Shown one piece after another: positions 20,012 to 27,104 of a DNA stretch of 64,000 nucleotides (its first letter is position 1; each line of letters opens with the position of its first letter). The notes beneath the pieces were generated by a model, which saw nothing but the letters and a program-made list of their open reading frames with translations, was not told the DNA's origin and searched no databases. The translations under genes and the position numbers were made by a program. The stretch is from a virus. Location: positions 73,723 through 137,722 of the IMG/VR virus record IMGVR_UViG_3300025073_000027. One strand, 5' to 3'.

Positions 20012-20248
20012 TATTTTTATTCTCCTAGTAAAATTCACGTTTCATATCCAACTAGCTTCTAAATAAGTTGTTTTATTGGATTGTTTTTTATTGCATAGAT
20101 GATCTTCATCTAACCAATAAAATTCACCACAAATATCACAGATATCACAATCGGGAGTTTCTAAATGTGGATATGATATTTGAATTGATATTCCGTATGC
20201 CCATTCTGGAAATGTATTCATGTATTTATTCCTTATAAAATCCTTGTT

Positions 20249-20575
20249 TTATTTGATTGCAGGAAACTTTTTATTTTTCTTTCTAGCACCCTTTACTATT
20301 TCATCCCATTCATTCTCTAATTCTGTACGTTTTTGTACATGTTGTTGACACAAACTCCATAATTCATCTGAGTATGGATAGCAACGGCGAAAAGGATAAA
20401 AACCGTATCTGCCATTATTTAATTCTTCTAAGTCTTTATTACCTCTAAGTTCAATACATTTACCTTCACTCGTTGTATAAGCATCAGTATAAATAATAAT
20501 TGGAAATCCTTTAATTGTTCCTGCTTCTAAGCCGGTGGGAATAAATATGTATTTGTTATTTATTATTTTATCCAT
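20249..20575 (-). CDS. Hypothetical protein (between boundary sites)
   Basis: Stop codon lies inside the site at 20235. Confidence 0.6.
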   Translation of the reverse strand: MDKIINNKYIFIPTGLEAGTIKGFPIIIYTDAYTTSEGKCIELRGNKDLEELNNGRYGFYPFRRCYPYSDELWSLCQQHVQKRTELENEWDEIVKGARKKNKKFPAIK

Positions 20576-20637
20576 TTGTTATTTTATTCTAATAAAAATA
20601 TAGTTTTATCTGGTTTTCTTATAATAAAAACGTTATT

Positions 20638-20853
20638 TTATTGGTTCAGAGCAGGTATATTCCAGAAAGCAGGATATTCCCTTCTCATATGTCTTGTCGC
20701 TAATATTCTTTGCAAGATATGAATACTGTTTTTAAAATCATTAACATCATCGGCATTTAAATCCTCTAGCCTAATAAAAGTATTCCACGCCTGAACAATG
20801 TGATGTATAACACAATATTCCTCATAAGTTAAACCAGTTTCTTCGTGTTCCAT
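20638..20853 (-). CDS. Hypothetical phage protein (between boundary sites)
   Basis: Sites at 20624 and 20865; AAGGA RBS. Confidence 0.65.
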   Translation of the reverse strand: MEHEETGLTYEEYCVIHHIVQAWNTFIRLEDLNADDVNDFKNSIHILQRILATRHMRREYPAFWNIPALNQ

Positions 20854-20878
20854 TTTTATTCCTTATAAAAGCATTATT

Positions 20879-21037
20879 TTATTGTTTATAAAATGGTAAT
20901 CGTGAATCCGCTCCACGTTTTACTTTATCCTTAGAAAGTCCTAAAGATTTTGCTACTTTTTCTATATTTTGAAGATGACTACATATACGATAATTTTTAT
21001 CTTCTATTGTAATTGTATAAAAGTATATATTGTTCAT
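20879..21037 (-). CDS. 52-aa hypothetical protein (not in ORF track)
   Basis: Manual translation MNNIYFYTITIEDKNYRICSHLQNIEKVAKSLGLSKDKVKRGADSRLPFYKQ; stop inside the site at 20865. Confidence 0.5.
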   Translation of the reverse strand: MNNIYFYTITIEDKNYRICSHLQNIEKVAKSLGLSKDKVKRGADSRLPFYKQ

Positions 21038-21086
21038 TTTGTTTTTTTATAACCAAAACTTATTTATTTTTTTATATTTATAATAT

Positions 21087-21344
21087 TTACATTTTTTTTA
21101 CTGGCTTATCGGGTATAAAATTAATCTTATGTGAAAGCCATTGTTTTAAACTATATTCAATATCGAGGTAATAAAATATTTCATTCATATATTCTTTTAT
21201 CCAACTATAGATTTCTCGTAAACCAAAATTTAATAAGCTGAATTTTCTCGCTTTACAAATATACCAATCCCAATATGATATATGTTCACAATGAAGGCAT
21301 AGGTGATTTTTGTATATTTCTTGCATTTGTTTATTTTTATCCAT
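21087..21344 (-). CDS. Hypothetical protein
   Basis: ORF track; CxxC...C. Confidence 0.5.
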   Translation of the reverse strand: MDKNKQMQEIYKNHLCLHCEHISYWDWYICKARKFSLLNFGLREIYSWIKEYMNEIFYYLDIEYSLKQWLSHKINFIPDKPVKKM

Positions 21345-21376
21345 TATCCATTTGTTTTCCTTATAAAATATCGGTT

Positions 21377-21544
21377 TTATTGTTTATTATTTTCTACCCA
21401 ATATAAAAATTGATCCAATTCGGATTTAGCATATCCATGCCTTGATTGTATATCTTGATAATCATCATATTTATCTAAGGTTTCAAGATATTCTGTTACC
21501 CATTCATTATATAATTCTAAAAATATTCTTGTTTCAATATTCAT
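21377..21544 (-). CDS. 55-aa hypothetical protein (not in ORF track)
   Basis: Manual translation MNIETRIFLELYNEWVTEYLETLDKY...WVENNKQ; fills the interval between sites 21363 and 21559. Confidence 0.55.
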   Translation of the reverse strand: MNIETRIFLELYNEWVTEYLETLDKYDDYQDIQSRHGYAKSELDQFLYWVENNKQ

Positions 21545-21572
21545 TTACTTATTTCCTTATAAAATTGTGGTT

Positions 21573-21776
21573 TTATTCTGAAATATATTTATTTGTATCC
21601 ATAAATTTAATATCAATAGCACTCGATAAAATATTTATAAGTTTTCCTGTTTTAACATCTTCTAAACAATAGCAATGATAATTATCAATCATATATGAAT
21701 ACCAAAATAATCCCATCTTCCATTCAATACCTATTTGATATTTACATAATCTATATTGAGGTTCTAATTTAATCAT
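21573..21776 (-). CDS. Hypothetical protein (between boundary sites)
   Basis: Sites at 21559 and 21789. Confidence 0.6.
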   Translation of the reverse strand: MIKLEPQYRLCKYQIGIEWKMGLFWYSYMIDNYHCYCLEDVKTGKLINILSSAIDIKFMDTNKYISE

Positions 21777-21808
21777 TTGTTTTTCCTAATAAAATCTAAT
21801 TTTTATCA

Positions 21809-22042
21809 TTATAAATTTTTAAGTTCCCATTCTAAATCTTCTATTTTATTTTTTAATTCTTCTATGTCATCATCATATCTTTTTTCAAGAACATCCAATT
21901 CATCTGCATATTCATAACATAAATTTCTTAATCGATCATTGACTTTTCTAATTACTTTCAGTTCCTTTTCAATTTCATCAATGCTAGGGCAAGAGTGTTC
22001 AATGTTATCAATTTTTCTAGTTCGTTCACTATAAATAGTCAT
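21809..22042 (-). CDS. Coiled-coil hypothetical protein
   Basis: 'CP.ID...L..IR..N..LR' pattern. Confidence 0.6.
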   Translation of the reverse strand: MTIYSERTRKIDNIEHSCPSIDEIEKELKVIRKVNDRLRNLCYEYADELDVLEKRYDDDIEELKNKIEDLEWELKNL

Positions 22043-22046
22043 AATA

Positions 22047-22592
22047 TTAATTATTATTGTCCTTTTTTTCTGTCATTATCATTCTTATTTCTTCTAAACT
22101 AACTGGATAATAATTATTATTATCTATTCCAACATCATATGCTAAAGATCCATTTGGGTAAATATAATTACCGTGAGAGTGAGCATGTAAATGCCATGAC
22201 CCATAATGTTTTCTATCCCATTCCGCAAGAGGATAATGACATAAAACAATTGGTACTTCAAATTCTTCTAATACAATCATTGGTGGCAATAATTTAACGG
22301 GATGATTTTTAGAATAATATTCTTCTTTATAAGATAGCCAGCGCTTATCGTGATGCCAAGGATTAGATAAAACAGAAATTATTCCATTTAATTGTATAAA
22401 ATATTTTTTGGCAAGAGCAACATTCCCTAAAGTAAAATCACTCAAATGATAAACTATGTCATTTTTAGAAACCTTTTCATTCCATTTATTTATTAATTCT
22501 TGATCCATTTCTTCTACGGATTGAAAAGGTCTTTTTGTATATTTGATTACATTAGTATGGCCGAAATGTTGATCTGAAGTAAAAAATATCAT
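22047..22592 (-). CDS. Calcineurin-like metallophosphoesterase
   Basis: 'TSDQHFGH', 'YHLSDF', 'HD', 'CHYP', 'HLHAHSH', 'DVG.D'. Confidence 0.85.
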   Translation of the reverse strand: MIFFTSDQHFGHTNVIKYTKRPFQSVEEMDQELINKWNEKVSKNDIVYHLSDFTLGNVALAKKYFIQLNGIISVLSNPWHHDKRWLSYKEEYYSKNHPVKLLPPMIVLEEFEVPIVLCHYPLAEWDRKHYGSWHLHAHSHGNYIYPNGSLAYDVGIDNNNYYPVSLEEIRMIMTEKKDNNN

Positions 22593-22596
22593 AAAA

Positions 22597-22803
22597 CTAT
22601 CCTCTTATTTGGTTTTCATTATATTTAACAACTGCTTGACTATAAATAATCATATCGTTTATACCAGGAGAAAAAAGAAATGCATATGATGGGCCATATA
22701 ATTTCCATTTCTTTTTTAAATAACTATTTACATTATTATTAAACGTAGATAAATCACAAGATTCAATCATACAATATTCTTCAATATTTTCTATATTATA
22801 CAT
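22597..22803 (-). CDS. DUF1737-like small protein
   Basis: 'VN.YL...W.LYG......Y.QAVVK'. Confidence 0.55.
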   Translation of the reverse strand: MYNIENIEEYCMIESCDLSTFNNNVNSYLKKKWKLYGPSYAFLFSPGINDMIIYSQAVVKYNENQIRG

Positions 22804-22824
22804 ATTATTATACCCTTATTTTGT

Positions 22825-22878
22825 TTTCATTATATTTATGGGTTTCATCGTTTGTTGAAACTCATAGATATAATGAAA
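22825..22878. other. 23-bp-stem inverted repeat
   Basis: TTTCATTATATTTATGGGTTTCA-8nt-TGAAACTCATAGATATAATGAAA, two mismatches. Confidence 0.8.
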
Positions 22879-22888
22879 TTATTTGTTT

Positions 22889-23083
22889 TTATGGCAACAT
22901 TGCTCGAACAAAACAATCCTTTGCCTCAAGTAACTTCCTCATTCCTGCTGATTTTTCTGGTCCATCAGGAAGGATGTTTTCCATATAAAATGCTAATTCG
23001 GCTACTTTTTTAGATACATCACGTAATTCACCAGAAAGATGTTCATATATAAAATATTTAATTGTTGTACTTGGCATTTTCAT
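22889..23083 (-). CDS. Small helical-hairpin protein, possibly Acb2/Tad1-like
   Basis: 'F.YEHL...L..VS.....LA......LP.GPE.SAG.RKLLEAKD.FVRA'. Confidence 0.5.
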   Translation of the reverse strand: MKMPSTTIKYFIYEHLSGELRDVSKKVAELAFYMENILPDGPEKSAGMRKLLEAKDCFVRAMLP

Positions 23084-23089
23084 TCTCCT

Positions 23090-23380
23090 TTATTCTTCTA
23101 TAAAAAATTGCATAGATTCTAGTTCTTCTAACCATTTATCCATACAATTCAAGCAAGAATAAGTGCTACCCCATTCTCCTTCAACAATTGCATGTTCTCT
23201 CATTGCCAATTCACCAGTAAGTATTTCATGATATGAATTTTCACCAACCAGTTCTGCTAAACAGCAATTATGAGGTTTTCTGGTTTTTACTATTTTCCAA
23301 GTATATACCTTTATATTTGTATCTCTATCTGTACCTAAAAACGGATTCCAATTTTGATATGTTTCTTTTTTGTATTTCAT
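23090..23380 (-). CDS. Zinc-binding hypothetical phage protein
   Basis: 'KTRKPH.C...GE...C..C'. Confidence 0.6.
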   Translation of the reverse strand: MKYKKETYQNWNPFLGTDRDTNIKVYTWKIVKTRKPHNCCLAELVGENSYHEILTGELAMREHAIVEGEWGSTYSCLNCMDKWLEELESMQFFIEE

Positions 23381-23432
23381 TATTAATCTTTTTTCCTTTT
23401 TTGATATTTTTTTTATTAATCCTATTCCTTAT

Positions 23433-23705
23433 TCATTCTACACTTGATTTATTAAATATGTGCTCACCGCCCCTAGTAGAACTATACCAATATAAAATCC
23501 ATAAAAGACAATTATCTTTTATAGCGGCTATAATTTCTTCGTTGCCAGACCATCCACCTGTAATTAAGTGCCAATCTTTTCCGATCTTTGATATATATTC
23601 GGGCCAATGCCATAGATTAGATACATAGTTCATCAGTCCATCAAAGTCATCAGCGTCCCACTCTCGTATCTTTTGCAATTCGTTATCTTCTGGATAGTCA
23701 CTCAT
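23433..23705 (-). CDS. Hypothetical phage protein
   Basis: 'YP...L..I..W', 'TGGWSGNEEII', 'RGG.H.F'. Confidence 0.7.
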   Translation of the reverse strand: MSDYPEDNELQKIREWDADDFDGLMNYVSNLWHWPEYISKIGKDWHLITGGWSGNEEIIAAIKDNCLLWILYWYSSTRGGEHIFNKSSVE

Positions 23706-23735
23706 GTTATATTTTTTCCTATGAAATTTACTTTT

Positions 23736-24086
23736 TTATTGTAAAATTTTATTCATAATATATTTATATGTTTCAATGGCCTTATCTGATCCTCTAAATT
23801 CAAATGAATATTTTCCAGCTGAAGTCATAATAACAATTGTACTTGTTTTTATAAATGTTCCGGAATCTAATGCGGATACGGCAACGATTTTAGAATATGG
23901 TACAGATGCCATATTTTTGTTTTTTACCCATCCAGTCATTTCTTGATCATAAAATATAAGTCTTTTATTTGTTATACCAACAAATCCAGTTCCGACACCT
24001 TTACAATCATATACCGATATTAATTCTTCTCCGCTAAGAATATATGGTGCTATTTTTTCATATTGTTCTTTTTTATCGTAATACAT
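23736..24086 (-). CDS. Bacterial PH-domain protein
   Basis: 'L..GE.......GITNKRLIF.D......S.PYSKI..V' bPH pattern. Confidence 0.7.
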   Translation of the reverse strand: MYYDKKEQYEKIAPYILSGEELISVYDCKGVGTGFVGITNKRLIFYDQEMTGWVKNKNMASVPYSKIVAVSALDSGTFIKTSTIVIMTSAGKYSFEFRGSDKAIETYKYIMNKILQ

Positions 24087-24119
24087 TTTAAATATCTTTC
24101 TCCTAATAAAACTTAATTT

Positions 24120-24305
24120 TTATTCTAAATATTCCCAATACTCTTTACCTAGTGATATTTCACTATCCGATAATTCTGGTAATCCCAATGTCTTTCTAAT
24201 CCTATTAATTATTAAATAGCCATCATAAACATAACACCAAGCATGATCAAACCCTTCCATAACAAACTCTTTAATATCATTAATTGTCTCTCGATTAATA
24301 TCCAT
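24120..24305 (-). CDS. Hypothetical protein (between boundary sites)
   Basis: Sites at 24106 and 24315; AGGAG RBS. Confidence 0.6.
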   Translation of the reverse strand: MDINRETINDIKEFVMEGFDHAWCYVYDGYLIINRIRKTLGLPELSDSEISLGKEYWEYLE

Positions 24306-24328
24306 ATTTCTCCTATAAAATTGAAGTT

Positions 24329-24541
24329 TTATTGTTCTTCATCATCTTTATAAAATTCTTCAACATCGTGATAACCTGAATATGGGTTAAGCACATAACC
24401 AAGAGCATTTACCTTGTCTTTATGAACAGGTGCATCGTAACCACAAAAGTAAAAATTGTTGTCTATATAACGTGCTATTTCTATATCATCATCTGCATAT
24501 CTTACCCAATAATACATTCCGTCATATAAGTTTATGTCCAT
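24329..24541 (-). CDS. Hypothetical protein
   Basis: 'G.YYWV' pattern; stop inside the site at 24315. Confidence 0.6.
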   Translation of the reverse strand: MDINLYDGMYYWVRYADDDIEIARYIDNNFYFCGYDAPVHKDKVNALGYVLNPYSGYHDVEEFYKDDEEQ

Positions 24542-24751
24542 TTATATCTCATCTTTCTTTCGCAATCTTTCAACTGAAAAATAACTTGGATAATCTAACG
24601 TAAATAAAATTTTATAAATATCTGGAAAATTATCAAATACTTTAATTGCGTGTTGAATTAAAGCATCATTTACAGTTTCGTTATCTTTTATATATGTTTC
24701 TTCTTTACCTGTAAATGGATCGTCATAAATGCATTTGTATTTATATTCCAT
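24542..24751 (-). CDS. Hypothetical protein
   Basis: AAGGAG RBS directly after the site at 24764. Confidence 0.6.
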   Translation of the reverse strand: MEYKYKCIYDDPFTGKEETYIKDNETVNDALIQHAIKVFDNFPDIYKILFTLDYPSYFSVERLRKKDEI

Positions 24752-24777
24752 ATTTTTCTCCTTATAAAAGAATTATT

Positions 24778-27021
24778 TTATAATAATTTAAGCCACGTAT
24801 TTCTACTTGTATTTTTATCAGTTTCAATTGCTTTATTGAAGGCCCAAGGTTCAGCAAGAATAAGACATCGCTTTATTGCTCTGGTAACAGTTGTGTAAAG
24901 ATAACATCGATCTAAAAGCATAAAATGTGTATTATCAATTAAAGATATTATTGTATGACACTGGCTTCCTTGGAATTTGTGTGTTGTTAAAGCATAAGCT
25001 AAATCTATATCTTTTAATTCTGTTTTAGTGTATTGAATATATTGATCATCGTATTTCACCACTAAAACCTTTTCTCCATCTGGATTTATACCTAAACTAT
25101 CTACATATCCTAAAGTTCCATTCATTACACCTTTTTCGTAATCGTTTCTAATATGTATTACCTTAGAACCAATTTTATATTTTATTTCACCATATTCCAT
25201 ATAAGGAACATCATCTGATAATAATATATCTTGTATTTGTCTATTTATTTTTTTAGTGCTATTAATACAATCCTTTTTTCTAGGTGTAAGAATAATTACT
25301 TCATCTAAACTTAGACTTTCCTCAGTAATTGAACGTAAAAATGTTTTTACCGCTATTTCATTCAAAGCATCGCGTGAATCTCTAAACATATAATAAAGAT
25401 CTTCTAATTCGCCATGAACAATTTTAAAACTCTTTTGTGGAACAGGATTTTTACCAACTCTTATTTTGTTAGCATCTGAAATAATTCCTGATTTTTCAGC
25501 TTGCCGATGTATCTTAGTTAATTTATTTAATTGTAATCCTTCTTTATCCAATAAATCAGAAAAAATATTGGCATAGCCGATAGGAGGTAATTGGAAGTTA
25601 TCGCCTACTAAAATAACTTTTGTTCCAGTTTGAATTGCCTTGAATAAATTAAGAAATAAATAACCATTTAACATTGAACATTCATCAATTAAAATAACAT
25701 CATAAGGCAATTTTAAATATTCATCAAATTTAAAGTTATTTAATCCATCTGCCCCCAAGAGTCTATGCAGCGTTGAACTAGGATATCCGGTAACTTCTTC
25801 TAATCTTTTAGAAGCTTTAGCGGCAAGTGTAGCGCAAGCAATAGGGTGATTACTATAAATATTTAGGATACCTCGTGATATAGACGATTTGCCAGTACCG
25901 GCAGGACCACAAAGAAGATTGAAATTGTTTTTAGTGATATTTATTAATGCTTCCCTTTGTTCTTCAGAGAAAATAAATCCCTGATCTTCTTCAGCTTTCT
26001 TTATACCTTCATTAATTTCTTCTTGTGTAATTTCAAGAAGCTCACTTTCACTAAATTCTTTAACGTATCTCCATATTTCTCGTTCAACCCAATAATAATA
26101 GTCTAATCCTACTTTCCAATTATCATCTTCATCTTTTTCAAAATGTAAAAAAGTGGTAAACCCTTTTTCTTTTTCAATTACGGATTGATAAATTTCTTCA
26201 CACTCAATTAGGTTTTCTTTTACAGCAATTGTAAGATCATCTAAATACAGCCAAGTATGTCCAGAACCATCACCTAATTCTCGTAGATAATTTTTTATAA
26301 ATGAAATGACTCTTTTATCAGAATGTTTCATTTCTGGATTAAGTTTTATTGCTATATTATCTGCTTGTTTGAAACTTATTCCAGGTATATCTATAATAAT
26401 ATATGGATCATTTAATAACTTTTGTTTCAATAATTCGGCATTAGGTTCAAAATTTAAAAGTTTGTGTATTTTTGAAAACGAAATCCCAAGGGGAGATAGT
26501 AATGTAAGAACATCAGCAATAGCATAATTACTAATAATCTTTTCCCTAATCAACTTCCAAGTATGATCTTTAATGCCCTTAGTATTATTTAAATCAATAT
26601 CACCTTCGTTACCACTAATAACTTTCTCAATAATGTCTGGATATGCTTCTAATAGAACTTGTGCCTGATTAGGAGTAACAATACTTTCTAAAAACTTTTG
26701 TTGTTGATCTACAGTCTTAGGAAGTTCTTGACTACTCTTAAGAATCTCGTAACCCCAACCATACTTTGAGTGATTTGTTAGTTTAGCTTTGAAACGATAA
26801 GGCATACCGATTGTAAGTTGTTGAGTTTTACCGGATAAATTAATTTGATAATAAGAATCAATTTTATCGGTTATAAAATCAGTATTGAAAATTTGTTTCG
26901 CCTGAGGAATTTCTTTATCAAGAGAAACCAAATAAGAACCCCAACTGGAATCGGGACTATAGAATTTCTCAAATGTGGGTGTTCCATCAAATTCAACAAT
27001 TTGACCTTCGGAAAAATCCAT
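24778..27021 (-). CDS. recD2: RecD2-like SF1B helicase
   Basis: N-terminal OB/HhH region, 'GPAGTGKS', 'IDECSM', 'GD.FQLPP', 'HRQA', 'YALT.HK.QGS', 'YT.VTRA'. Confidence 0.9.
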   Translation of the reverse strand: MDFSEGQIVEFDGTPTFEKFYSPDSSWGSYLVSLDKEIPQAKQIFNTDFITDKIDSYYQINLSGKTQQLTIGMPYRFKAKLTNHSKYGWGYEILKSSQELPKTVDQQQKFLESIVTPNQAQVLLEAYPDIIEKVISGNEGDIDLNNTKGIKDHTWKLIREKIISNYAIADVLTLLSPLGISFSKIHKLLNFEPNAELLKQKLLNDPYIIIDIPGISFKQADNIAIKLNPEMKHSDKRVISFIKNYLRELGDGSGHTWLYLDDLTIAVKENLIECEEIYQSVIEKEKGFTTFLHFEKDEDDNWKVGLDYYYWVEREIWRYVKEFSESELLEITQEEINEGIKKAEEDQGFIFSEEQREALINITKNNFNLLCGPAGTGKSSISRGILNIYSNHPIACATLAAKASKRLEEVTGYPSSTLHRLLGADGLNNFKFDEYLKLPYDVILIDECSMLNGYLFLNLFKAIQTGTKVILVGDNFQLPPIGYANIFSDLLDKEGLQLNKLTKIHRQAEKSGIISDANKIRVGKNPVPQKSFKIVHGELEDLYYMFRDSRDALNEIAVKTFLRSITEESLSLDEVIILTPRKKDCINSTKKINRQIQDILLSDDVPYMEYGEIKYKIGSKVIHIRNDYEKGVMNGTLGYVDSLGINPDGEKVLVVKYDDQYIQYTKTELKDIDLAYALTTHKFQGSQCHTIISLIDNTHFMLLDRCYLYTTVTRAIKRCLILAEPWAFNKAIETDKNTSRNTWLKLL

Positions 27022-27075
27022 TTATTATTTATTATCCTTGTTATTATTTTATAATTTATTATTTATAGATGTTAT

Positions 27076-27104
27076 ATATTATCACAGAATTACAAATTTG
27101 TCAA
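27076..27104 (-). promoter_or_regulatory. sigma70/sigmaA-type promoter with extended -10
   Basis: TTGACAAATTTGTAATTCTGTGATAATAT. Confidence 0.75.

Larger units (their letters stand above)
17049..24781. repeat. Array of ATAAAA-N6-TTTTAT boundary sites separating small ORFs
   Basis: Exact 18-mers start at 19195, 19474, 20235, 20592, 20624, 20865, 21363, 21559, 21789, 24106, 24315, 24764; variants at 17049, 20028, 22591 and 23721 (N7). Confidence 0.9.

Noticed and set aside
17049-24781. CRISPR array interpretation of the repeated 18-mers
   Set aside because: Intervals range from about 14 bp to more than 1 kb and contain ORFs; the repeat centre varies; no cas genes.
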